Assembly (NCBI GenBank): GCA_964016885.1 | Contig: OZ024742.1 | Location: forward strand, 333,622,001 to 333,686,000 | Source of the DNA: Eledone cirrhosa | Taxonomy: Eukaryota | Length of the DNA stretch: 64,000 bases | Reading direction: 5' to 3' | In this document: piece by piece, positions 1-13,150 of the stretch | How the letters are laid out: every line of letters begins with the position of its first letter | Numbering within the stretch: the stretch's first letter is position 1 | Position numbers and translations under genes: made by a program | The notes under the pieces: generated by a model | The model's input: only the letters and a program-made list of their open reading frames with translations | What the model was told of the DNA's origin: nothing | The model's database searches: none

Positions 1-879
1 ACTTATTGTTCGTTCTACCATGCCATATGCAATTACACTGTTGTCTACCTTAACATATACGCTTCCTTTAGGTTTTAGTGTGGTCAACCTGGTCATGTTC
101 CCTTTAGCGTGTGGTTTGTTTGTCAATTATATTTTCATCATAGGTTTTACCTGGTCATCTATAATTGCCATACGGTATAACTTGGTATTCGTAATTGTGT
201 GCCGTTGTCCTGCTCATTTACAGCTGGGTGTGCAGTCAATCACAACTACAAAAACATTACACTGCAAGATGATAGAAATCAGGTTTACTAATGATAAATA
301 ATGACATTTATTAATTACACACACTTAACTGTACATCAATTTAAAATCAATATTATAATCATAAAACACTATCAACACTACACTGCGTCGACTACAGATA
401 CAGCGATAGACAACGTTGCTACTTTAATTTGATGTTTCCATATTATTTACCTTTATATGCATTAAGATCTCACTTACCTCTACATAGTTAATATGAAAGT
501 AACCGATCCATAAAGCAATTCGCTGGGAGATTGTCTAATTTATCTTCTCATTTAGATTGCAATGCTGGACAATATTAGTCTGATAGGGCTGGATATGTTT
601 ACAGTAAACGATTGCAACGTATCAATTACTTGCATCGAAGCAAGGTGGGTACACATACCAATGAAAAAGCATCTACAAGGTTTATTCAATTGCTAGAAAT
701 AGAATCACAAATGTGAGGAAAACATTAGCCGTACCTGGCCTAAATGAACAATATGCGGTATGTGATTAGATTCAGAGATAAAATAACCATGTTGGATTTG
801 GGGAGTAATAAGTTCGTTGTAAAAATATACAAATTTGGTTTATATTTTTGCATGTGATTATAAACCTGAAAATGGCTCT

Positions 880-1085
880 ATCAACTATAGATGTTCTAAA
901 TCGAGTGAAGTTGAGTGAGCATGGATATTCAACAAGAATATCATGAATTTTAGATACACACGCACATGAAACCATGCACACACTATCCAAACAATAAATA
1001 ACACCTGTATCTAGAATACAACAGCCCACCAGCGAAAATAGATGTTTCATAAGTGGAAATTGCTTAAAAATAGAAGTAATTTATA
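880..1085 (+). pseudogene. Highly degenerate PLE endonuclease-linker fragment
   Basis: Hand translation gives NRVKLS and NRCFISGNCLKIEVIY, resembling NVIKLSY and CPLxGxCLxxxVVY of the PLEs at 6699 and 27774. Confidence 0.35.
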
Positions 1086-1234
1086 TGTTTTATTCCGGCA
1101 TATCGGATTGAAAATTCAATAAGCTCCTCGTTCCAGTAACAGATCAAAGTTCCTACCATTTACACAAAATGATTCCGAATAAAGCGCATATGAAATCATA
1201 TAGAATAGGTTTGCACACAATAAGCATATGATCA

Positions 1235-1286
<52 letters not shown>

Positions 1287-2146
1287 TTTTTTTATTTTTT
1301 TATTTATTTATTTATATATATATATATATACATGCTGAGAGAAAGAGTGACAGAGAGACATTACATTATGATGGTATAGTGGGAATTATTGCTATAACAA
1401 CTTCAGATCATCTAGAAAATGTATAAAGTTAAACCTCTTCCACTGCATCTACAAAACAATGCCAGCAATCATATAATGGAATGATATTTCCCGAAAGGAA
1501 ACATGTAATTCATTTTATTTCAAATGATCGCATAAGTTGTCTTGAATTTCTTTTAACTAATTAGCTTCTCACATTTCTCATCAAATATAGTAATAATATT
1601 TCATGTATAAGATCAAACGGTTTAAATGGATACATGATGTCTAACGTTTTTATATTATTCATTACTTATATTGGCAAAATTCCTGATGTTTATAGCTATG
1701 GGATATGTGATACTATGAAGTTTATACCATTCTATATAGCAACTATGTTGTTGTTGTTTTTTTTTTTTTGTATTAGATAAAGCAATTTCACTAGGAAAAG
1801 AACTGCATGTAAGAAATGAAATTCTGTGATATCGTCAGTATTAAAAACTTACATCATTTACGTTCTTTGTCATCCTTTTTCAGATTTATGATATATACCA
1901 GCCTTATTCCGAAATCGTATGTTAATATATATCTCATTACATTCTCTATCACACTCACCTTATCGTTTTCTCTTAAAAAGATCAGCCCTTGTAATACCTG
2001 GAAATATATGAGATACGATGCATTCATAGCGCTTAAGCATAATTCAATCCTACGATGGTGCCACGATGATCCCTTCAGTAGATATGGTTTCCTGAATATA
2101 TATTTATATCTATATAGTCATATATATATATAAGCATATATACATA

Positions 2147-2211
<65 letters not shown>

Positions 2212-2259
2212 GATAGATAGATAGATAGATAGATAAATAATATTATATATATATATATA

Positions 2260-2460
2260 TAGGAAAAATATGACCCCGACGGCAGAGCTCAAGCCGTTTC
2301 GACGTCTATTTCTGGACTCTCAGTCCAGAACTAGCCGTCGAGACGGCTTGAGCTCTGCCGTCGGGTCATACCTTTTCCTATTTACCACTCTACTACCTTA
2401 AGTATTGAGTAATCTGGTGCGTTATGGTCGTTTTGGTTCCTTACCACAATTCCTTTGTTA
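2260..2460. mobile_element. Fold-back mini-element (PLE pLTR remnant), copy 1
   Basis: Inverted arms centred near 2320, long arm on +, flanked by (TA)n; same family as 2473 and 3044. Confidence 0.7.
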
Positions 2461-2472
2461 TATATATATATA

Positions 2473-2675
2473 TAACGAAGGAATTGTGGTACTGAACCAG
2501 GTGGACCATAACGCACCAGAGTACTCAATACTTAGGGTAGTAGAGTGGGAAATAGGAAAAGGTATGACCCCGACGGCAGAGCTCAAGCCGTCTCGACGGC
2601 TATTTCAGTACAGAAATAGCCGTCGAACGGCTTGAGCTCTGCTGTCGGGGTCATACTTTTTCCTATTTTTCCTAT
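2473..2675. mobile_element. Fold-back mini-element, copy 2
   Basis: Same family, long arm on -, short inverted arm on +, flanked by (TA)n. Confidence 0.7.
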
Positions 2676-2835
2676 GTATATATATATAAATATATAAAAT
2701 AAAATAAAATAAAATAAAATAATCCAATCTGCATACTGAGGTGTTGGTATATAACCAACATATACTCAAAATATATAAATATATATATATATATAATATT
2801 ATTCAAAATATTAATAAATGAGAAATATTATCATA

Positions 2836-2925
2836 GAGTTCAAATCCCGTCGGGGTCGATAACATAAAGTACCAGTAATGCACTGTGATCATTGCTGGCC
2901 TCGTGCTAAAAGTAGAAACAATTAA
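2836..2925 (+). mobile_element. SINE fragment (gggtcgataaaataaagtaccagt family)
   Basis: gagttcaaatccc (B-box-like) ... ggggtcgataac..aaagtaccagtaatgcactg; matches 45157 and 47095 copies. Confidence 0.65.
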
Positions 2926-3043
2926 TATTTTTAATAATATTATAGATACTCCAGAACAATCTTGTCGAGTGCTTCTTATCTATTGTAAAATTGAATTCGT
3001 TGAATAATCAACGAACCATATATACCTTTGGTATATATATATA

Positions 3044-3223
3044 TAACGAAGGAAATGTGGTAAGGAACCAGGTGGACCATAACGCACCAAAGTACTCAAT
3101 ACTTAGGGTAGTAGAGTGGGTAATAGGAACAAGTAAGACCCCGACGGCTGAGCTCAAGCCGTTTCGACGGCTAATTCTGGACGTCGAAACGGCTTGAGCT
3201 CAGCCGTCGGTGTCTTACTTGTT

Positions 3224-3227
<4 letters not shown>
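3044..3227. mobile_element. Fold-back mini-element, copy 3, with 3' half of a hammerhead
   Basis: Both arms carry GAAAcggcttgagctcagccGTC (stem III plus GUC); flanked by (TA)n. Confidence 0.7.
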
Positions 3228-3305
<78 letters not shown>

Positions 3306-3400
3306 TATATATAGAAGCAGTAATACAACAGTTAGATCACCGTACCGAGAACAAAGGTGGAACAATTGTTTCGCTATGGTGAGCTAACTGTTGTGTTCTA

Positions 3401-3444
<44 letters not shown>

Positions 3445-3547
3445 GTTATGTAGAAATGAACACACAAAGAAGTCTGCTTTGAATAACATGGTTTGAAAAC
3501 CATTTCGGTGCAATGCTTATAATCTACGAGAAATATATATATATATA

Positions 3548-3644
3548 CACGGTGTCCTTCAAAATTGTATACATAATTTGATTAACTGCACAGTCAATAT
3601 TTATTAGAATGCTGTTGAAGTGTGTATTCATTTTGGGGGACACC

Positions 3645-3647
<3 letters not shown>
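3548..3647. mobile_element. Tc1/mariner-type MITE (100 bp)
   Basis: TIRs cacggtgtcc...aaaattgtatac / gtattcattttgggggacaccctg with TA flanks; homologous to 21495-21606. Confidence 0.75.
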
Positions 3648-3735
<88 letters not shown>

Positions 3736-4537
3736 GTGAGAGAGAGAAAAATAGTGTAGTCGTTAGAAAATGTTCTACACATATCACGTTGTATAAGGTA
3801 AATGATTTTATAAAAAGGGATTAAAATACGCACCCGGTAGGATCTTTATAACGTACAACAATTGTGGTTAAAAATGAATGTTACCAACGCTTGTGTTCTC
3901 CTTTTTTGTTTATCAAAACATTTCTTAATACGTTAAATTTATGTTCGTTAAAACGCCTGCCTGCTGATTCTCGAACACATTACTTTTGTCTGAAATACTT
4001 ACACTTCAACGGATGAATAAGCTCAATTATTCTGAAACGATTCATGTCTATAAAGTTATGCATTACATTATCAGGTTTTAAATTGTAGGTCCTACCCTAT
4101 GACAATGCATTTAGTAATTCTTATTTTTCTACTCATATTTTCGGAATACTGACCTCGCCAATATGTGAATTGAAACGACAGAACCTCTGTCCGTTTGGAC
4201 TTGAGAATCCAATCGTTCAATCGACCACATGCCTAACCAGTGAGTAAACATCTGTCCCTGTGTAGGCCCTAATTATGTATAAAGAACGTAGTTCTCAAGT
4301 AGAATCAGACTAATTCAATTTTTGATAAGCCTAACTGTTTGAATAAAACTTACTTTCCCTGGACATCAGAACGGATGTATTTTGTCGTCACTAACATAAG
4401 TAAGACATGTAACTATTATATATTTACTGAAAATATCGATCAAATGTTTATTTTGCTCCTCGAAACGATCGTAAGACAATATTTTAATGAAATATTAAAC
4501 ATTACTTGTTTTCATTGCCCAACCATATCTCGCTTTC

Positions 4538-5052
<515 letters not shown>

Positions 5053-5526
5053 ATATGACCTTTTTTGTCAATGTGTGACAAGGCTACGTGCTTAGTTTAC
5101 TTTGTAAGTCTAGGTTTTTATTTATTTATGTACGTGTATGAAAACATCATGTAATATTAGACGTGGTATGCAAATGAAATTTGAGACGGAAACAAACTTT
5201 CGTTCAGATGGCGAATCCTACAGAGAATAAGACGCTACAATCATGTGATATCTTGATGATATAGATATTATCTGATATGACATTATTACATGCTATCATT
5301 ACTTGAGCAAAATATCAGTCATTTGCTGCTGACTCTGCTACGTATATCGATTACATTCTTTTATTCTTTTAGTGGTTTCATTCATTAGAGAGAGGACATG
5401 CTGGAACAGTAAATTTATATTGATCATATTGAAAATGGTATTTATTTGATAGATCTCTTTAAGTTAACCGTCAATTTACGGTGCATAAGCACGTATACGT
5501 ACACGCATGAATACACACACATACAC

Positions 5527-5584
<58 letters not shown>

Positions 5585-5640
5585 TATACATATTAGTGAA
5601 AAAGAACAAATGAACTATTATGACATTATAACAAGTTTAT

Positions 5641-5687
5641 TGCCGACGGCCGTTTCGTCCGACCATATGGTGGAACTTTTCAAGGCA
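5641..5687 (-). ncRNA. Minimal type-I hammerhead ribozyme (U3/A8 core variant)
   Basis: Minus strand: tgcc TTGAAAA gttccaccatatggtcggac GAAA c ggcc GTC ggca; palindromic ACGGCCGT stem III; AATAAA follows. Confidence 0.75.
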
Positions 5688-6698
5688 TATAACATGTGAT
5701 TGTAAGATCATTATTTACATCAACGTATCACTCAAGATTAGCAGTTTGAAATTGTGGTATACATCAGCAGCTCCGCTTGTATAGTTGGGGTCTATATTCT
5801 AATGTGGCTCTTTTATATTAGTTGTCGGGGTCAGGGATTGAAGGTTAAAAATTAGATAATATAAAATGTACGCATTAAAAGTAAAGATTAAATTAGAAGA
5901 CTTGGGATCCCGTAGAAGCACCTTAAAAAATCCCTCAATAAGTGCATAAAGCTTACAGGCTCCAATAAACCTAATAAACTAGGAGAAATTAAGAGGCTAA
6001 TAAAATAAAATAAAAAAAAATAGAAAAATAAAAATATAGAGTTTCCCTAAAAATATATAGTTTGATAAGAAATTCCTTCGATAGAAAAAATTTTTTTTCC
6101 AAAGAAAAAAACTTTCTTCCCCCGAGATCACGTTAACAAATTTCAGAAAACTTACGAGGTTTTGATATTACCTACTAAGTTGAAAGAAACTAATCAATTA
6201 AAGGTTAATTCAAAGAGCCTTCAATAAATCTCTCAGAAAAGGCCCCTTTAATATTTATAATAGGAGCTTCCTCCGAGAGACCCTTCGAAGAATTAAAATT
6301 TTAGAGAGCCTTTACGGATATATATAATCAAATTGAGGAAAATTATAAATTAAAAGTTAAAAATTACGGTATTTGGGATATCTGAGGAATTTTCAAAGGG
6401 CTGCTTCAACATATACAACTTAGGCATAATAGATACAATAATTTAAGTAATTTAAGTAATTTAAGTAATTTAATTAGGGAGCAATTCAAAGAGTTTATCA
6501 AGTTGGGCAAGATTAAAGAAAGTGGTAAATAAGAAAATACATAAGCAAAAAGACAATAATTATAAAATGTATTTTTAAGAAGGTATAAGGTAGCTTCAGT
6601 AATCTAATAATGTACTCTCAAAAAATTAAGGATTAACAAACACATAATAATATATTCCAGCCTAATTAACAAGTAATCAATACACTATTACCAGTCAG

Positions 6699-7427
6699 AA
6701 CTTCCCCCCAGGTAGTAGGTACGGTAGTGTCATCAATAAGAATACTATCAAGCTATCGTACTCAACAACCCCTAATCTGGCCTTTCACCTAGCTAAGACC
6801 AATAAGAGTAAGATTAAAGAGGGACTTAAGGCCATCCGAAATAGTGAACCACGCCAGTACACACGACAACACGGGACCAACCCACTGAGTGAAAGACCAA
6901 GGGGGATAACAGGCAATAGAACCGGTCCCATTAGGCAGCCCCGCGGCTGCTTGGAGGGACATGCACCCCTGATTGAGGAGCATGACCCTATTAAAAAGTG
7001 TAATTGCAGAAGGAAGGACAAATGCCCACTAGCGGGACACTGCCTTATTAGGAACGTGGTATATGCTTGTAACGTAACCACAGACACGTATACTAAGACG
7101 TATGTGGGATCAACCGCTAACCAGTTCAAGACGAGATTCAACGCCCACCAGCATAGCTTTTGTTATGAGAAGCTTAAAAATACCACGTCGTTAGCGGGGC
7201 ACATACATAACTTAAAACAAACAAAAACCCCCTACTCACTAAGCTGGAGATGCCTTACTAAAGCTCCTCCATATAGCTCGTTGAGCAGGTTTTGTAGCTT
7301 GTGCCTATCTGAATCTCATGCCATAGTATTCTCAGGACTCAACTTGTTCAACAGGAGATCAGAAATCTTCTCGTCCTGCCCCCATACTATACTTAGCTCT
7401 TTCTTTTTCTTCAGACCAGACACATAG
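6699..7427 (+). CDS. C-terminal part of PLE polyprotein: Cys-rich linker plus GIY-YIG endonuclease (5'-truncated, frame open)
   Basis: Open from the inversion junction: NFPPGSRY..KLSYSTTPNL..CNCRRKDKCPLAGHCL..NVVY..TYVG..FKTRFNAH..CSLCLSE..NRRSE..CPH; homologous to 27774-28606. Confidence 0.85.
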   Translation, partial: NFPPGSRYGSVINKNTIKLSYSTTPNLAFHLAKTNKSKIKEGLKAIRNSEPRQYTRQHGTNPLSERPRGITGNRTGPIRQPRGCLEGHAPLIEEHDPIKKCNCRRKDKCPLAGHCLIRNVVYACNVTTDTYTKTYVGSTANQFKTRFNAHQHSFCYEKLKNTTSLAGHIHNLKQTKTPYSLSWRCLTKAPPYSSLSRFCSLCLSESHAIVFSGLNLFNRRSEIFSSCPHTILSSFFFFRPDT

Positions 7428-8735
7428 CCCTGACACGACCCTGTCCTGCACTTGGCAGCCCCGCTGGCGAACAGGGTGCTATTTAGTAACCCCGGCCGCA
7501 TAGATGCCTCGGCTCCCAGATTGCCGATGGGGGCTCTGGTGAGGAACAGACGACCCTGTGTCCCACTTGGCAACTTGGGATTGGTGGCAGCATTGTTGCT
7601 GGGCACCCTGGGAGCAGCTGATGCCTGCGTGTAAGACATTGTGAGTGCCTGGACCCACGTTGACTAATCTGGGAAGGTGCCGTCGGAGATGTATGTCAAC
7701 AAACTCGGGAACATGCCCAGGGAAACAGTAACAAAACACCCAATATGGTGGCCGCTCCCTGCCTATAACCAATCACCCCCCCCCCCTCCCTTCCCTAGTA
7801 AACCCCCGCCCAAATAGATGCCCCTCCCCATCCTCCCCCACTCACTTCTTTTAAGTTAGTTCTTCTTTATTATTAGTGATTAGTTCTTTATTAATAGGGA
7901 TTTTTTTGTATTTTACCACAGTTGACTTAATGGGCTTGAAGAGTTGACTCCCTTGATGTCTGACCACTCGATAAGTTAGGGGTTGTGCCCCTTGAACAGG
8001 GGTGTGTCTAGCTGGTCTACCTGCTGTCTGCTACTACCCGAGACTGGACACGGTCGTAGCCACAGGCCAGCGCGTGCGCGATAGCATAGAATATATATTT
8101 TATGCTAGTCACCCCGTGTAATATGATACCCCAATACTCCATGCATGAGATTCACTGAAGCATGCGCAGTCTTAACCGCGAGATGACATGCGAACTTGAA
8201 AATACCACAGGAGAGACCCTTTGGATAGCGTAGACGCCGGACCATACCCGCAAATATATACCCTGATTTGAATATACAGGGCTGACGGAATATGGATAAC
8301 ACGACCACCATCTAAGCTGGAACCGACCATACAACAAACAAAGAGGGGACAGCCCTTCGCATTTGACCAGTCGCGTGTGGGCTTAGAGTTCGTAGTACAC
8401 CACCCCAGTCAAATCCACACTGGTTTTTTTACCAATATAGCATGTAGACCAATACATCCTATGTAGCGAGACCCTTGGATTTAGAACCGGCAGGCTGATC
8501 TATCGCAAACGCGTGCAACCCCCGAAACTAAAAGATCGAACGGACCACACCCAGCAACCACGAGCTATTTGATCCACAGGTACATTTCCCAGAGAGTCCA
8601 CACAGCTGATAGTGAATCACAGTTGATCCGTGGACTATGAACTTTTAAACAAGACCAACTGTGCCTGGAGCTATGCAGATGACTACATACGCAAAATGGA
8701 TATCGCACCTACAAGGTCACCAGTACTGTTCATCC

Positions 8736-8986
8736 TGCTGTATGTATGTAAATATCCGTGCGCGGGATATCCCTGAGTACATTTTCTTGACCATCAATTG
8801 TTAATTGATTGTTTGTTAATTAGGCAGGAATATAACATTAAGTCTGGGTTAATCCTAGGTGTTGCTGTGTGTGTGTAAAGTATCCGAGCGCGGGATATCC
8901 CTGAGCAAATTTTGCCTGACTGTTAATAGTGTATTGATTACTTGTTAATTAGGCAGGAATATATTATTATGTCTTTGTTAATCCTT
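8736..8986. repeat. Two diverged 127-bp tandem units in PLE 3' region
   Basis: tgctg..tatccg.gcgcgggatatccctgag..ttaattaggcaggaatata at 8736 and 8863. Confidence 0.8.
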
Positions 8987-9914
8987 AATTTTTTGAGAGT
9001 ACATTATTAGATTACTGAAGCTACCTTATACCTTCTTAAAAATACATTTTATAATTATTGTCTTTTTGCTTATGTATTTTCTTATTTACCACTTTCTTTA
9101 ATCTTGCCCAACTTGATAAACTATTTGAATTGCTCCCTAATTAAATTACTTAAATTACTTAAATTACTTAAATTATTGTATCTATTATGCCTAAGTTGTA
9201 TATGTTGAAGCAGCCCTTTGAAAATTCCTCAGATATCCCAAATACCGTAATTTTTAACTTTTAATTTATAATTTTCCACAATTTGTTTATATATATCCTT
9301 AAAGGCTCTCTAAAATTTTAATTCTTCGAAGGCTCTGTCGGAGGAAGCTCCTATTATAAATATTAAAGGGGCCTTTTCTGAGAGATTTATTGAAGGCTCT
9401 TTGAATTAACCTTTAATTGATTAGTTTCTTTCAACTTAGTAGGGTATATCAAAACCTCGTAAGTTTTCTGAAATTTGTTAACGTGATCTCGGGGGAAGAA
9501 AGTTTTTTTCTTTGGAAAAAAAATTTTTCTATCGAAGGAATTTCTTAGCAAACTATATATTTTTAGGGAAACTCTATATTTTTATTTTTCTATTTTTAAA
9601 ATTTATTTTATTAGCCTCTTAATTTCTCCTTGTTTATTAGGTTTATTGGAGCCTGTAAGCTTTATGCACTTATTGAGGGATTTTTTAAGGTGCTTCTACG
9701 GGATCCCAAGTCTTCTAATTTAATCTTTACTTTTAATGCGTAAATTTTATATTATCTAATTTTTAACCTGACCCCGACAACTAATATAAAAGAGCCCCAT
9801 TAGAATATAGACCCCAACTATACAAGCGGAGCTGCTGATGTATACCACAATTTCAAACTGCTAATCTTGAGTGATACGTTGATGTAAATAATGATCTTAC
9901 AATCACATGTTATA

Positions 9915-9961
9915 TGCCTTGAAAAGTTCCACCATATGGTCGGACGAAACGGCTGTCGGCA
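9915..9961 (+). ncRNA. Minimal type-I hammerhead ribozyme (U3/A8 variant), direct pLTR copy
   Basis: tgcc TTGAAAA ... GAAA c ggct GTC ggca ataaa; loop palindrome carries one mutation relative to the 5641 copy. Confidence 0.7.
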
Positions 9962-10114
9962 ATAAACTTGTTATAATGTCATAATAGTTCCTTTGTTCTT
10001 TTTCACTAATATTTCTGCTCTGCTTACACGTATAGAGCTTAACTAGCTACCGTCAAATATTTGGTAGGTCAGACGTGATCATCGCGATTCACATACGACC
10101 TACCATACATCTTG

Positions 10115-10184
<70 letters not shown>

Positions 10185-10259
10185 CATAACGAAGAAAGTG
10201 TGGTAAGGAACCAGGGGTCCTGACTCTTTCTTTTCTTATATATATATATATATACATAC

Positions 10260-10843
10260 ATGATGCAGGCTTTTCTACTGTCACAACATCCTATCAGTTA
10301 GTGGGTGTGGAAACATCAAGTAAAAGAGTATGAACAAATATGATATGCATAGTTGAACAATCCAATTATGTCTGTCTTTTTCTTTAATATTAAAGAGATA
10401 TTTAGCTGCTATTTTTAGTAGTGAAGTAGACAACACGTCTATGTTTTACTTCCGCTTTTGCTACGGACTGGTTCATGTACGGGTCATTTTTCGACCTCAC
10501 TCGATCTGTGCTAGCTGGCAGATGGCAATATATTTTGCCGTTCCTGGACTTTAGCCCTAGGAAATCAAAATGCTTCTCTGATGAACTTTGCTTTTCCATT
10601 AGAAATCCAATGGATTTCTAGTGTTTTGCAAAGGGAAACCGATCGGTAAGAGCGACTGAGAGTAGGTAAATATTTTATATTTTTTAATTTATTTTAAAAA
10701 ATTGGTTAAATTTTGCTTGTTCTGCTTATCTTAATATTATAGTTCTGGTATGTCAAATTAATACCATTGAACAACCCCGAATCATAGACAACCTATATAT
10801 TTCCAGGGGTACTTAGTACCCGTGGGCATATTAACTTACTTTA
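10260..10843 (+). mobile_element. Solo PLE-type pLTR between (TA)n tracts
   Basis: Contains HHR at 10572-10653; 3' part matches 52691-52885. Confidence 0.65.
10572..10653 (+). ncRNA. Type-I hammerhead ribozyme
   Basis: gcttct CTGATGA a ctttgc ... gcaaag g GAAA ccgatcgg TA agagc; palindromic ACCGATCGGT stem III; GUA site after 10648. Confidence 0.8.
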
Positions 10844-10844
10844 A

Positions 10845-10845
<1 letters not shown>

Positions 10846-10875
<30 letters not shown>

Positions 10876-10935
10876 TATATACTTATATATGTATATATAT
10901 ATACTTATATATATATATATACTTCTATATATATA

Positions 10936-11028
<93 letters not shown>

Positions 11029-11073
11029 TTATATATATATATATATACTTATATATATACATATATAGATATA

Positions 11074-11152
<79 letters not shown>

Positions 11153-11223
11153 TTATATATATATATATATATACTTATATATATATATATATATATATAC
11201 TTATATATATATATATATATATA

Positions 11224-11308
<85 letters not shown>
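10846..11308. repeat. (TA)n microsatellite with interspersed TACT
   Basis: Direct inspection. Confidence 0.95.
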
Positions 11309-11311
<3 letters not shown>

Positions 11312-11572
11312 TATAACATAAACCTACATATACTTATCATATGTAAGCATATATAAGCTTGTGTGGAACCGAGCAACTCTGTTCATGTGGCTGTAAGTGC
11401 ATCAGACTGATGAATTCAGTCCCAAAATAAAACACGCAAGTTATAACTTGGAAACAATGAGTCTGTAATAACACTATATATAAGTGCATCTTTCGATGCA
11501 TATGTCAGCCGGATGATAGAGGGATGTTACATGATTGAACTAGAGTTGATAGAATTAGATATCGTACTAGAT

Positions 11573-11610
<38 letters not shown>

Positions 11611-12173
11611 GATTATATATATAGACATATACACATATACATATATATATATGTGCTCTTGCACACACCATTCCTTTAGTTATGGTAATATTTAATAACT
11701 GATAATGCACAAACCTCAGTAGGGTGTCTTTAATGTGAGTTTATGTTTATATGAATCAACCAAAAAGGAGTGGAATGGATATAGGTCTACTCTATAAATA
11801 ATATATATAATATTGGTCATAATTTGCTTCAATCCTGACCTACTACTTTACCTGTGTTTTTCTTGATCGATTTTCTTTAAATATTGCTGCTAGACCTACA
11901 CTCATTCAACTGTTGTAATAATAGCACACACAGTGTGGTTCACATAAATACCTCACATTTCAACGTTGTTGATTCTGAAACGTAAGTTAGGTGGAACAAT
12001 CGTCTCCCGTTTGGTTATGATTCAGCAATGAAGTATTGAATGCAAAGTTGACTTGAAAGAAGGTAATTTCAAAATTCAAAATGTAGATGAAGGCGTAATT
12101 TATTATATCGACGCACACATATCGAATGTATGTCTCCAAACACAGAAAGCACCATACAAATAACCGAATACTA

Positions 12174-12253
12174 AAACTATTAGTTGAGAAAATCGAGGAA
12201 ACTAAGTCGGGATAAACTATTAGTTGAGAAAATCGAGTAAACTAAGTCGGGAT
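12174..12253. repeat. 40-bp tandem duplication
   Basis: aaactattagttgagaaaatcgag(g/t)aaactaagtcgggat twice. Confidence 0.9.
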
Positions 12254-12939
12254 ACAATATTTGCCGTCTCCCGTGGAATTAGACAATATTTTCAAGGTCA
12301 GTAGAAACGCCACATTCCACCACAATCGCTCCAAGAACTCCACTAGGAATTACTGGTCCATACATATATAAATAGATTATCTGAACAAAAAATTCATTTC
12401 AATAAACTTGTATAAGATTATCTCTTAAACATATTTTGTATATACCCACCTAACGATCTCTCCCTACATTACAACCAACCACGGGGATCAGCTTGACAGA
12501 AATTAAACGGAAGAAATTATTGCAATAATAGGAACGAATTCTTAGATAATTAGGTCTATTTCTACTGAATTTTCAAAATCTTACTTAATAATGGGGGCGA
12601 AGAAACGGCGTTTTTTGCGACTCGAACTCCGTATTATCAGATGAAAAACTAAATTCACCATGATCCTTTTTTCACATACATGACTCCTTAATATGACTAT
12701 CATCATTGTGTCATAGACATTTTATTACCGCTCAATAATAATTTGTTTCTCTTTTTCTCTTTTTCATTTCTTTATTTTATATATTACCGACTGCTTGCAG
12801 CTGAGTGTGTAATGTATCTTTCATATCGATTTAACTTTATAGTACAGTGGCTACAATAAAAACGCGATGAATAAGTTTTAATATACTCTAACTCTATTCA
12901 CAAAAAGGTATTTTCTGTTCGAGCCAAGTGTAGATTTTA

Positions 12940-13150
12940 AGATACATCAGTGTGAAGTGCAATATTGCATGATAGTAAGGTATAATTGGTGAATGCCCTG
13001 GATATGCGAAGACTGGAGAGAAATGAAGCGAGCATGATACGTTGGATATCGACTATTAGTGTGCTTGAACGAAGACGATGTAATGAATTGAAAGAAAAAT
13101 GGGATATAAGAAGCAACAGATGTAGTGTTAAAGAGAAAGGAGTTGGCAAC
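12940..13150 (+). pseudogene. RTE-clade LINE C-terminal remnant
   Basis: DMRRLERNEASMIRWIS..ERRRCNELKEK resembles the post-RT region of RTE elements. Confidence 0.6.

Larger units (their letters stand above)
5590..10116 (+). mobile_element. 5'-truncated Penelope-like element with 1.1-kb inverted pLTR
   Basis: 5590-6698 is the reverse complement of 8916-10012; GIY-YIG ORF remnant 6699-7427; HHR motif in pLTR; 104-bp unique tail; (TA)n on both sides. Confidence 0.9.

Noticed and set aside
11403-11466. CTGATGA...GAAAcaatgaGTC
   Set aside because: No convincing stem II, and stem I is out of register.
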